Below are positions 1 through 11,192 of a DNA stretch of 64,000 bases, one piece after another; within the stretch, counting starts at the first letter, position 1, and every line of letters starts with the position of its first letter. Source of the stretch: Dimorphilus gyrociliatus. Taxonomy: Eukaryota > Animalia > Annelida. The notes below the pieces were generated by a model. The model was not told the origin of the DNA. It did no database searches and was given only the letters and a program-made list of their open reading frames with translations. The stretch is taken from contig CAJFCJ010000002.1 in the NCBI GenBank assembly GCA_904063045.1, positions 3,715,891 to 3,779,890 on the forward strand, given 5' to 3'. The position numbers were made by a program, and so were the translations under genes.

Positions 1-1
1 C

Positions 2-3000
2 TCTTTTTTATTATCAATTTCTCACGATTTAATCCTGTTAATAGGAGCAGCATCACCGGAAATATCAATATCTTCGTCACTCTTTACGAAGTACTTAAAA
101 ACTTCTTCAAAAGTTTTAAATTATAGAGTAAAGTTGGCTTTAACACCGATAAATGGAGGAACTGTTGGTGTGTCATATACAAATTTGATTATTAATGCTC
201 CACCAGCGAGAGGTTCTTGTTCAATCGAACCCAAAGTTGGCTATGTTGTGCAGGATACTTGGAATTTGACATGTAAACATTGGTACGATGCTGATGGTAT
301 ATCTTACTACCAAGTTGTAACAAAGATGAAAGGATATGATGCGGAAAATACTCTATACGTTGGATCTTCTGGAATAACGAAATTGAATGTACCACAAGGC
401 CCCGCAGACGATTCTTATAAAGTTTCCGTTTATGTAAGAATAACTGATGGGTTTGGTGCAACAGTTACCAAGTTAGTTGGTATTGTTCAATCAAAACCTT
501 TGGGATCTGCAGCTCTGAAGAAAGAGCTAAAAGCATCAGAAAAAATCATCAAAACGTTAGCTGCCGATGGCGACCTTCGAAAATCGTCAGTTGTTTATAT
601 GAAATATGCCAGTGCAATGAATACTGATAGGGAAGGAGATGAATCATATTATGCAAACTATGGAGTTGAAGTTTCACCAGTGAGTACCAGACTCAACATA
701 AAAACCAAACCAATTGTAAACGACAAAGTTAACGAAACTGTTAGAGAAGAAAAAGAAGCTGAAAAATCGAAAGAGAGAAATTTTAGATCTGAACAAAGGC
801 AAACAATGCTAGTTTCGTTGGCTTCTATGCCTGCAAACACAATGAAGGATTTACAGCTAAAGGCTTCTACATTAAGTGAAATCACAAAATCACCTGACGA
901 ATTAACCAGGGTATCCCAACAGAAGTTGATAGAAAGCGTTGAAGACTCGGTAAAAGTTTTAGACAAGCTTGTCAATGAATTTGCAAAAACTGAACTTTTA
1001 CTGTGTGTAACCCAATTGATCAGTACTTGCGCTGATGCTTTAGAATCTTTTGGGGTAACAGCTAATTATCCCCTCGAATCTGACATATTAGAATCAATAG
1101 ACTCAGTTTATTATGAATACGATACAACAATCTTTAAAAAGAGAAAGAGATTGGATGGAATCAATAAGGACAAGCAAAGAAGAGCTTTTAGAGTAGAAAC
1201 GAACTCTCTAAATCAAGAAGAACATGCTGGAGTTTTTGAGCAGAAAACGAGACCTGCCATTAACTCACTAATAGGAATTCTGAACAAAAGAGTGGTTCTC
1301 GGAGAAGATCCTTTGGTTATTAGAACGAATAATTTTGTCGCTAGTCTTATCAAAAATACAGCTGACAATACCTTGGCTGAACCATTCGTTTATGGTAGAA
1401 CTAGTTTGAAACTTCCTTCTTGGTGCTCTCTGACAAATAAGGTTTCATCGGCATGCAATCCAAAAGAGATCATTTCAGCAAGAGTTCTATCTTATGGTTT
1501 TAACCCTTTAACCCATGTATCGAATAAAGATTCTGTTCCACCTTCAATTTCAACAATTGATGTGTCAATTTTAGATTCTGATGGCAAAGAAATTCCAATT
1601 AGGAACTCGTCAGAAAAAATCAAATTAGAATTAGAGTTGGACCCAAAAACTGATGATGTAAAAGCGGCATATATCAATGCAAAATTGGGAAAACAATCAC
1701 TATTACTCCACAAGTTTAATGTCAATCTTTCTGACTCAAACATCAACATGGAAGTTATTCCCGACAACCCCAAGGTTCAATTTATTGGTTTCCTACGCTA
1801 CGAAAAAGCTCCAAACTTTACAGAGACTGACGTATCTTTTGATTACCATTTCCTATTTCCAAGTAAACTATCGGACGCAATAAAAAATTACAAATCAGTC
1901 CTAGATGGAAAAACAACTGGTAATAGAGTTGGAGTTTGGTACTTGGGCCTTAGACAATTAAACACTACAGATTATGATAAGTATATACCACAAAATATTC
2001 CATCGTATCCTTTAAATGGAGAAGGAGAGTTTACAACGAATTACACTATCAAAATATCAGCAGTTTCTTGTTCTTTTTTCGATGAATCGGCTAGAAGGTG
2101 GAAAAATAACGGTCTCAATGCTAAGTTGCAAAGTAGTACGAGACTTGCGTGCGATTCTGATCACTTGACACTCTTCGGTGGATCATTGGTTGTTCAGCCC
2201 AACACTATTGATTGGAGTTATGTATTAAAAAATCTCTCATTTGCCAGCAATCCAACCTTATACATAACAGAAATTACTATTTTCGTCATATTTATTTTAG
2301 CAGCAATCTGGGCAAGAAGAAAGGATAAGCAAGATGTTATGAAGTTGGGAGTATCTCCTTTGAAGGATAATGCACCAGACGACAAGTACTTGTATGAAAT
2401 TATCTTTTACACGGGAATGAGGAAAAATGCCGGAACCGATTCCAATGTTCAATTTATACTGTCTGGTGAATACGATGAAACCGATGTTCGTACGGTTGAA
2501 GAAAAAGAGAGGAAGATTTTCAGAAGAGGTGGAGTGGATGCATTCTTAATGGCAACGCCATCTCCATTAGGACAATTCTCTTACATGCGTATTTGGCACG
2601 ATAATACAGGGAAAGGTAAATATGCTTCCTGGTTTCTGAAACATGTTGTTGTTGTGGATCTTCAAACAAAGGAAAAGAGTTACTTCCTGGCTAATCGCTG
2701 GTTTGCTGTTGAAGAAGATGATGGTCAAGTTGATAGACTATTGCCTGTCGCTGGAAAAGAACAAATGACAGAATTTGGCCAACAATTTTCTGCAAATACA
2801 AAGAAAAATCTAAATGATGGACATCTTTGGTTTTCTGTTGTTAGCCGTCCACCACAGTCGAGATTCACAAGATTGCAAAGAGTATCATGTTGTCTTCTAC
2901 TCCTGTATTCGACCATGTTGGCAAATGCAATGTTTTATGGCAGAGGAGAATCTCAAGGCGGTGCTCAAAATGCACTCCAACTTGGCCCATTTGCTTTAAG

Positions 3001-5590
3001 TCCCTCGCAGATATACATTGGAGTTGTATCAAATCTTATTGTATTCCCAGTAAACCTTCTTGTAGTAACGCTATTCAGAAAATCAAGAAAGAAGAAGAAG
3101 AGAACGTCTCGTCTTCAGGAAGCTATTCAGAAAAATCAGCAATTAGCCAGTAAAAAGAGTAAACTATCTTTACAATCTTTATCGGTTTGGGAGACAAGCA
3201 CAGACGATAAACCGTTGGAAGAGGTTCGACCAAGCGAAACAACTCCACCTCCTCCTCACGACACTGAAAGAACCTGCTCGCCCAGCTCATCTTCTGCTCC
3301 CATAATAACTCAGAAAAAGCAGAAGAAACCATTTTCATTTCCTTGGTGGGTGTGTATTGTGTCTTGGATTATTCTTTGGTTATCTGTTTTAACTTGTGCT
3401 GCTGTTGTTACGGCATACGGGATTACGTTTGGAGATGACAAATCAAAGAAATGGATCACCTCTATGTTGATATCTTTTATAGCGTCTATCTTTTTTACAC
3501 AACCCATCAAGGTTATCCTTGTTGCAGTCCTGGTTTCTCTTATCTTCAAGAACACCAATATCGATGAGTCCGAGGATGAAGAAGATGAAGAAGACTACGT
3601 TCTGGCTTCTGATGAACAATGGTTACATAAACCAGATGAACATTATGCCAAACCAAGAAAGGTTCCATATAAACCTCCAAATCCTGAAGTCTTAGAAAAA
3701 GCTCGAGCGGAAAGATTAAAAGAATTAGAAATGTACAATGTCATCAGAGAAATAGCTTTTTACGCTTTATTCCTTTGGCTCCTAATAATCATTGGCTACA
3801 GTTATAGAGATACAAATTCAGGAACTATGAAAACCAGTCTCGTTAATCATTTTATCGACGTTTCAAAGAAGAACGTTAAAATGGTTGACTTTACCGAGGT
3901 TAAAAACAAATCTCATCTTTTACACTGGATGGAAAATTCTTTGGCTCCGTCTCTAAGAGCAGGTGATTGGTACAACGGGCAGAAAGCTTTTGGGCAAATC
4001 GGATTCGCCAGCGATCGGGTCTCTAGAATAATGGGCTACGCTACTCTAAGACAACTTAGAGTTAAACCTCGTCAATGCCATCCAGTCAGTCAGATGAGAC
4101 CACTTCTTAGAGAATGTAATACGAAATATAGTATATCTGATGAAGATAGAACGGCGCATGGCACAGGATGGAGTAAACTCAATGCAACAACTAAGGCGCC
4201 TCCTCATTATGTTTACAGATCTGCAGAAGAGTTAGAAGGATATCCATATTGGGCAATTCAAAGCGTCTATCCGGGTGGAGGATATGTTATTGGTTTAAAC
4301 ATGTCGTTACTTGATATGCAAGCTAAAATAAGAGAATTAAGGGATGAATTGTGGATAGATAGATATTCAAGAGCTCTGTTTATTGAATTTTCAGTGTACA
4401 ATACAGGAGTTAATCTCTTTGGTATATGTACTTTGGTTGCAGAGTTGATACCAGATGGAGGTATTGTTACATCTTATAGAATAGAAGCGGTGAATCTTTT
4501 ATCGTATTTTAGCGGAGCAATGTTATTCCAAGTGATTTGCGAAGTATTTTTCGTATTATTCATTGTTTTCTTTTTGGTTAAAGAAGGAAGAAACTTATAC
4601 AAACAAAGAAAATTATACTTTAAACAATTTTGGAATTATGTGGAAATTGGTATAATCGTCTTCTCTATTTCTGGAATCTGCATGTACTTTTATAAATTGG
4701 TTCAAACCAATAAGATATTAAAGAAATTCAAAGATACTCATGGAAACGGCTATATGAAATTACAATACGTTGGCTACTGGCACGAAATTTTGATGTATAT
4801 GGTTGGATGGACAGTCTTCTTGGCGACTTTGAAATTCATTAGGTTGCTAAGATTCAATAAGAGAATGTCTATGTTGGCTGCTACTCTTAAAGTGGGAGCT
4901 AAACCTTTATCACAATTTGCTATGCTATTTCTTGTAGTATTCTTCGCTTACGCCCAATTCTTCTTCCTTATTTATTCTCAATTGATGCAAACTTTTGCAA
5001 CTGTCATAAAGTCGGCCGAAACATGCTTACAAATGCTTTTGGGCAGATTCAACTTCAACGCCATGCAAGAGGCATCACCACTTTTGGGACCAGTTTTCTT
5101 CTTCTTTTATGTCATAACAGTAGCCTATATACTCATTAATATGTTCCTTGTTATTCTTAACGAGTCATTCTCGCAAGTAAGAAGAGATTTATCCAAGCAG
5201 TCGAATGACTACGAACTAGTTGAATTTATGATAAGACGACTAAAAACTTGGACAGGAATGGATAAGAAGAAGAAAGGATCAAAACCTGTGGAACCAGATT
5301 ATAAATCAGCCACCAAAGCTTTACAACCGGGAATGCCGCCAGCAAACTTGGATAATTTCCCAGAGAAGGTTGACAGACTACTAAACTGTATAAGTAAAGT
5401 TTACTTCGATTCGGATAGATTTGCGGCCATATTTGAAAATGGAACTGGAAGAGAGCAAGGAAAGGAAGGAATGAAAAGATTGATGCAACAGCATCGTATA
5501 CAAAAATCGTTGGATATGGCATCGAAAAATATTCAACGTTGCCATTTTCCAACTTTGGATGAAACAGATACGGAAAAAATGAACTTTTAA
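2..5590 (+). CDS. PKD1: Polycystin-1 (PKD1)-like protein, 5'-partial, single uninterrupted ORF
   Basis: The frame is open from base 2 (SFLLSISHD...YRVK) into the listed 134..5590 ORF. It has a REJ-like N-terminal region, a GPS motif CSFFDE...WKNNGL...CDSDHL|TLFG and a first TM followed by WARRKDKQD. A PLAT/LH2 domain (YLYEIIFYTGMRKNAGTDSNV...WHDNTG...WFL), several TMs, a TOP domain (GYATLRQLRV) and a C-terminal 6-TM channel-like block follow. Confidence 0.92.
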   Translation, partial: SFLLSISHDLILLIGAASPEISISSSLFTKYLKTSSKVLNYRVKLALTPINGGTVGVSYTNLIINAPPARGSCSIEPKVGYVVQDTWNLTCKHWYDADGISYYQVVTKMKGYDAENTLYVGSSGITKLNVPQGPADDSYKVSVYVRITDGFGATVTKLVGIVQSKPLGSAALKKELKASEKIIKTLAADGDLRKSSVVYMKYASAMNTDREGDESYYANYGVEVSPVSTRLNIKTKPIVNDKVNETVREEKEAEKSKERNFRSEQRQTMLVSLASMPANTMKDLQLKASTLSEITKSPDELTRVSQQKLIESVEDSVKVLDKLVNEFAKTELLLCVTQLISTCADALESFGVTANYPLESDILESIDSVYYEYDTTIFKKRKRLDGINKDKQRRAFRVETNSLNQEEHAGVFEQKTRPAINSLIGILNKRVVLGEDPLVIRTNNFVASLIKNTADNTLAEPFVYGRTSLKLPSWCSLTNKVSSACNPKEIISARVLSYGFNPLTHVSNKDSVPPSISTIDVSILDSDGKEIPIRNSSEKIKLELELDPKTDDVKAAYINAKLGKQSLLLHKFNVNLSDSNINMEVIPDNPKVQFIGFLRYEKAPNFTETDVSFDYHFLFPSKLSDAIKNYKSVLDGKTTGNRVGVWYLGLRQLNTTDYDKYIPQNIPSYPLNGEGEFTTNYTIKISAVSCSFFDESARRWKNNGLNAKLQSSTRLACDSDHLTLFGGSLVVQPNTIDWSYVLKNLSFASNPTLYITEITIFVIFILAAIWARRKDKQDVMKLGVSPLKDNAPDDKYLYEIIFYTGMRKNAGTDSNVQFILSGEYDETDVRTVEEKERKIFRRGGVDAFLMATPSPLGQFSYMRIWHDNTGKGKYASWFLKHVVVVDLQTKEKSYFLANRWFAVEEDDGQVDRLLPVAGKEQMTEFGQQFSANTKKNLNDGHLWFSVVSRPPQSRFTRLQRVSCCLLLLYSTMLANAMFYGRGESQGGAQNALQLGPFALSPSQIYIGVVSNLIVFPVNLLVVTLFRKSRKKKKRTSRLQEAIQKNQQLASKKSKLSLQSLSVWETSTDDKPLEEVRPSETTPPPPHDTERTCSPSSSSAPIITQKKQKKPFSFPWWVCIVSWIILWLSVLTCAAVVTAYGITFGDDKSKKWITSMLISFIASIFFTQPIKVILVAVLVSLIFKNTNIDESEDEEDEEDYVLASDEQWLHKPDEHYAKPRKVPYKPPNPEVLEKARAERLKELEMYNVIREIAFYALFLWLLIIIGYSYRDTNSGTMKTSLVNHFIDVSKKNVKMVDFTEVKNKSHLLHWMENSLAPSLRAGDWYNGQKAFGQIGFASDRVSRIMGYATLRQLRVKPRQCHPVSQMRPLLRECNTKYSISDEDRTAHGTGWSKLNATTKAPPHYVYRSAEELEGYPYWAIQSVYPGGGYVIGLNMSLLDMQAKIRELRDELWIDRYSRALFIEFSVYNTGVNLFGICTLVAELIPDGGIVTSYRIEAVNLLSYFSGAMLFQVICEVFFVLFIVFFLVKEGRNLYKQRKLYFKQFWNYVEIGIIVFSISGICMYFYKLVQTNKILKKFKDTHGNGYMKLQYVGYWHEILMYMVGWTVFLATLKFIRLLRFNKRMSMLAATLKVGAKPLSQFAMLFLVVFFAYAQFFFLIYSQLMQTFATVIKSAETCLQMLLGRFNFNAMQEASPLLGPVFFFFYVITVAYILINMFLVILNESFSQVRRDLSKQSNDYELVEFMIRRLKTWTGMDKKKKGSKPVEPDYKSATKALQPGMPPANLDNFPEKVDRLLNCISKVYFDSDRFAAIFENGTGREQGKEGMKRLMQQHRIQKSLDMASKNIQRCHFPTLDETDTEKMNF

Positions 5591-5936
5591 AAATATTTAG
5601 AAAGAAAAAAATTAGTATTTCTCTAATTATGATTATTTTGTTTTCACTATGACACGGGCGTCAATTATTCGTCCTATAAAACGTTTTATTTTCATTCAAT
5701 AGATGCACCAGCAAGCAAAATGAAATAAATTTCTTGCTGTTGTATGTTTCTTACTTGTTTTTTTTAAAGTAACGCTTTAGTATCTATAATTGAATCCCTC
5801 AACAAAAACAAAAAAGACACTCCAAGATAAACTAGACGAATATTCTTTTTTTATTTTTCGATGATAACTAAAATATCTTTATATTTATGTTTTTATTTAG
5901 ATCATAAAAGAGAAGGTATAATATTTAGTTTTCCAG

Positions 5937-7436
5937 TTAGCACTTGAATAAATCGGCAGTAACTGAATTTTTAAACTTTATTTTTCCAGTTGGTAAGTGG
6001 AGTCTAAGTTATTTTCGTTTGAAAAATGAAGAAATTTAACATTTATTCTTAAGACTTCTTTATAGATTAAACTTACCCATAATAATCCGCTTTAGATAGT
6101 AAAAGGATAAAATTTTGCAGTTGAAAGGCTGCATCAATATTTGAAACATTTTTCAGATTCCAGTCATTTATGTTTCCTTCCACTTGTGCATATAGCTTTG
6201 AAAATTTTTTGTAGCTGTCAGCTTTTGTAAACGTAATTGTTTCATCAATGTGATTATAAAATGCCGATTCTATTGGTAGTGGAGGATCTATTAATAGGTT
6301 ATTTATATTCTTTGGATAATCTTTAGAAATTGGCTGATTATTTAAATAGACCCAAAAAAGTTTATCTTTAAAGAAAAAGGTATGCCCAGTCTTTGGCCAG
6401 TAAAAAGCGGAGTCTAAATTATCTGGCAACCCATTCCAGTCATCTAATATTTTCCCTGGAGTGTCAGTTTTCATATCTAAATTGATATGTTCATCGAACC
6501 TCCAATAATACTTTCCCTGAGGAATATTTATTTGCTTCGATTAATGATTGAATTGAATAAAAATAATCATATTGTATACTTTAAAAATATATATAGACCC
6601 ATTTTGTGTATTGCAAGCGGCGTCGAACCCTTCGACATTGCAAGCGTCGAGAACAGAATCTCCAGGCAAACCATATAAGTGTTGGATTCCTTTAATATCG
6701 TCAGTTGATAACTGAAAGTTTGGAGTATAAGGTTTATAGTACGGTGCCATAACTGCTCCATGATTTTCGCTATGTCTTAAACCAAGTGTATGACCCAGTT
6801 CGTGGGTTAAAATTTGTAATAAATTTAGGCCTATTTTTGAGTTTCTGGTATAATTCTCTGCAGCGTCCATGTGGACTCTGCCCTGCGATTTCGTACCGGG
6901 AAAAAAAGCATGACCAACCACTCCCGATGGTCCATCAAAAGGATAATCGTCCCCGTGATCTTTTGTCTCGAATGAAACAACAATATCCGTGGAGCTTAAC
7001 AAATAAATAGAAATCTAAAAATTATATACAGCGTCAATGTTTTACTATCTAACCTAATAACATTATCTCTGTTACACTCCCTTTTGTCGAAGGTTAAGCC
7101 ACTCACATTTGACCACATTCCAATTGCTTCATCGACAATGTTTTCAACATCTGCCCTACTAATTTTCAACGGAATTACAGGATAAACGGCGCAATAAGTT
7201 AAACGCAATTTAGTCCATTTCTTTTTGAATAAAACATATCGCTTTTCCCTAATTCTGTTTATTCCATTTTCGTTTATGTCGGAGTATGATAGTCTACATT
7301 GCCGCAAGTTAAACTCAGCCACGTCATTAAATCTTTTCTGTTTATTTCCAGTATTAGGGATTGATCTTGTAGGTTCCAAATGATAAGACATCACAAGATT
7401 TGTGAACAAGTTTAGAAATATGAAATGAGAGAGCAT
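5937..7436 (-). CDS. Matrix metalloproteinase (M10A) with hemopexin domain, multi-exon
   Basis: Signal peptide MLSHFIFLNLFTNLVMS, furin-like RIREKR, catalytic KDHGDDYPFDGPSGVVGHAFFPG, zinc motif HELGHTLGLRHS and Met-turn VMAPYY. Hemopexin repeats (DAAC...IYIFK, DSAFYWPKTGHTFFFK) follow. The last exon LHLPTGKIKFKNSVTADLFKC* ends at 5937. Confidence 0.93.
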
Positions 7437-7757
7437 GGCGATGACAGTTTATCATATGTTAAGAGTAAGATAGACAGCATATGTTTAATAAAAATATAAT
7501 ATAGAAGTTTTTATTTTAATAATCATGCAAAAACTGTTAATAGGATTATTTCATTTTTTTCCAATCCAGAGCTTGCCATGTTTTTAGCACAAATTCATTT
7601 GTCTGCTCGGGAAAAAGATAATGTTCAAGTTTATTACTCTTTCTTTATACAGAAATAACACGCAAATCTAAACGATTTTTCAATTTACCACCGTCTCAAT
7701 TTCCTATCGATAATTAAAATATGATATTTCAGAGGCTAATAAATTTGTTTGGGGGTG

Positions 7758-10697
7758 TTATGGATCCTTCAAACCACTTGTATCTATCGACACCTTTATT
7801 AATAATTGATTGTCTTTCAAATAGCCATTTGACGGGTTTTCCAGTAAGTCTATTGGAATGAACTGAGGACATCCAGATGCAACGTTAAGGTCAGATGTAG
7901 GCTTTTTGAAACTCTTTGAATTAGGATCAGGTCTAAATGTGTCTGAAACATGAACACCATTTCCTGACATATCCAACAGAGATAGTGTTATCTTTTGTTG
8001 AAACGGCCATTTCAGTAGATGGTCGAAATCGCCCCTGGTGTTGTTTTTAAGTGTTTAACGCTAAATATTGTACACAAAATAACACTTACTTCATTATAAC
8101 AAAGTAAAGACTAAAGTGGGTATCCTTGCCAGCACCATCGCCATTCAAATAAGCTCTAGCACACATTTTATATCCAAATCTGGTAGAATAAAATGGGGGA
8201 GAATATATCGTTGAAGCTTTTTTCGTCTTTGCATCTCTTTTCTTTTGCATGTAGTCCACTATTTTCCACATTAGCACTCCATTATATGAAGATTTTTCCA
8301 AAGATTCTAGTCTTACTTCCATTTCGTCGAATTTCACTCTCAGTAATCCAAAATTAACCTCTAAACTATGAAAACTGCCAGCTAAAATGCAAAAATTCGA
8401 TTTTAGTTCGTGAGCGTATTCGTTATTCCACATATTAATTAATAATTAATTACAAGAGTTGCTTTTTTCTTGGGAATTAAAAGAGTCTGGATTATTATTA
8501 GAATTTCTGGCATCTTGTCTATTATTCGCAATTTCTTCCTTGGTATTAAGAGAATTTAATATAATTAGGTAATGCATTAATTAAAATCTTTCCACCTACT
8601 TGCAGTCGAAGTATAATTTCATCTTTCTTTTTTATTTCATCTTTTAACTTTTCAACAGTTTCGCTAACAGCCTGTTGGTCATATGATATACTGATTTATG
8701 GTTATATAATGCAATTCAAGAAGTAGCGTTTTAGGAATTTACCTACATTTCTCTAGTTCTTTTATTTTATTAGCTTAATCTACATATCTACAAATTTTTG
8801 TGTTTATTTCATTCTTAACAAATGATACTTTCGCTTTAAAAAGAAAATTTCTTTCTACTTTTGTGATTATTCATTCTCCATGCTTTATTGATAATAAAGA
8901 AATTCTCATGGTTTTTGAATCTTTTTAAAGAGTATTATATTTTCTTTGAAAGAGGAAGTATACTTTTTATATTTGAATGCAGTTAATGGTAAAACATAAG
9001 CCTAAGATATGAAAGTAGCTTAAGTTTTTCATTTCTACTTGGCCTGAATTTTTGAAAATACACTCTTTTACAAAAACGTTTTGCAGGTCGACAGTGAAAT
9101 TTTCGAACCCAGATCTGAATGTTCAAGCACATTTCTTGCTGTGACAAATGGATTTCTTTTTAACATATGACAAATTTTTCTCTCTTCCCTTTCTGTTACC
9201 ATCTTTAGGGTACATAATTTTGATAGTTCATTTATAGTTCCATGTTTCTCAAACTTTTTTATGATATAGAGCACAGATCCCCTTGAAATTTTTAATTGTT
9301 TTGCAATGTCATTCATAGACATCTCCTTCCTCTTTCCCACCACTAATTTTTTCACATCCAAGCTAATTTTTGGCATTTTAATGCTTTCTTTAAATTCTTA
9401 TCCTTCTTCGATTCTTGAACAAAATTTTCGTGTGGGAAAATGAAAAAGTTTGGTCATTTTCGTAAATTTTTAACATTTGTCAAAAATAGGATATCGGGCA
9501 TTTTTCATGATTTTTTCAGAATAAAATTTTTTTTGTTATTTAAAAAATGAAATACGAAGATTTAATTAATTGAATATGTTGATTACAAAGTTACAATTGC
9601 CATGTCTAATTTTTGGATAGTAAAATTAATGTTAAAGAAAAAATTTTTTAACTATTATAGAAAATAGCCAGGCGTTCAAAAATAGGCTATCTCTACTGTA
9701 TATAAAAAGTTAAATGTTAAAGATCCAGATAGCTTCTTCAAAATATCATGAAATAGTAAAAAAAAATATCTGGCAATACCATACCCATACATTTAGACAA
9801 CTTACAATCAAATCCTTAGTTAGAACTTCAACACAGTCATTTACTTCACCAAAAGAATCTGATACTAAGCCGAAATGAAAAGCGTTTTGTGATCTAATGT
9901 GTTCTTCAACCTTTTCCCTGCTTGCCTATATATGGTTAAATAAGAATAAACTTAACAATAGATATGAACAGAAATACAACATCTGATATTTTAGTGCATC
10001 CCAAATCCTCCAATGGGCAATTTATATGAACATTTTTACACTCTGTTTCATGACTCTCCAACTGAAGAATGAAATTTTATGAAATATGGATTGAAGTTAT
10101 GAAATATGATTACTTACATCCTTCACTTTTACTTCTAAGCCACAACCAAATCTGCATTCCACTTTTCTTTCAGGGTGAAATTTGCATTTATTTGCATGTT
10201 CAATTATTTTATTCCTTGGTATTTCCTTGAACTCACAACCATATTTTACGTAAGGACAAGGAAAAATTCCATATTCACAGTTCTCACTATGAATCTGAAA
10301 CAAAATTTACCTTCAATTTCTATACACAGTAAATTCTACTGAATACTTGTAAATGCCTCCATTGGCATTCCTGAGCACATCCTCTATGCCTAAAAGGACA
10401 AAAAACTGTTAGTCTCGACAGTTCTCTTTTTATGCCAGTATCAAAACGCTCAATAAAACTTTCCGATTCTTCCAGTAGTGAAGCAGATAATTTACAGTCA
10501 TTGTCGCCAACAGGACATTCTTTCAATTCGTCTTTGCATGTTTCACATACATGATGACCGCACACCGTTTGAAAGGCGTGCCTTAAAAGTTTTTTACAAC
10601 CAGAACAGTAGTATTTGGAAGGAATATGTTTAAAGCTAGGATCCTCGTCTGGGATAACGAAAGATGCGGTAAAGTTGGTAGTTGGCTCGTCACTCAT
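7758..10697 (-). CDS. TRAF3: TNF receptor-associated factor, TRAF3-like (RING, TRAF zinc fingers, coiled coil, MATH)
   Basis: RING CSGCKKLL...CGHHVCETC; TRAF Zn fingers (CPFRHRGC, CPYVKYGC, CRFGCG). The MATH domain YNGVLMWKIVDY...GYKMCARAYLNGDGAGKDTHFSLY...PDPNSKSFKKPT...VASGCP...DTSGLKDP closely resembles TRAF3. Confidence 0.88.
9000..9698 (-). mobile_element. Truncated Tc1/mariner-family DNA transposon remnant inside a TRAF3 intron
   Basis: ORF 9068..9376 encodes a paired-like HTH transposase N-terminus (SMNDIAKQLKISRGSVLYIIKKFEKHGT...TEREERKICHMLKRNPFVTARNV) and then stops. A putative left end TA|CAGTAGAGATAGCC lies at 9700/9698 on the minus strand. No DDE domain or right TIR was seen. 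It lies in the 8672-9805 intron. Confidence 0.75.
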
Positions 10698-11192
10698 AAT
10701 TGGTATTCTCTTTATGGTTATAACCAGTGGTTATAAGAGGATATATAGCTGAGACTATCAAATGTGATAAGTTTCTTGAGTTTCCAATCCTTCTTAGATA
10801 TATCTTATAAATCATAACAAAATATATTAAAGTTATACACAAAATCGTTTGATGAACAATCAATGCTTGCTGGCAAAATAAAACAATTTTGACTGAGCGA
10901 TAATATACGACTTGTTTACTCTCTTGGACATTTGCTGCTGTTGTAGGATAACCATACGAATGAATAAGGCTTTTATAGTGTCTTCTATTATACCGAAAAT
11001 AAAAAGTTCAAAATTTACATAGATTAGATCATAATATTTTAATTTATTATTTATACACCAACCATTTAACAATTAATAAATAGGACGAAAGTGAATATAT
11101 TTTTTAGATATTCATTAATAATTCAAATTAAACATTATTCCCTAACTTTTGTTAAAAGTCATAATTCCATAAGGCTATAAAGTAAACTTGAT

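Noticed and set aside
2080-2180. PKD1 GPS motif lacks two of the four canonical cysteines
   Set aside because: Human PKD1 has the same reduced GPS pattern (GL...C.T.HLT), so this supports the family assignment rather than being novel.
192-3338. Short overlapping ORFs within the PKD1-like CDS (both strands)
   Set aside because: Shadow ORFs with no motifs, overlapping a well-supported long CDS.
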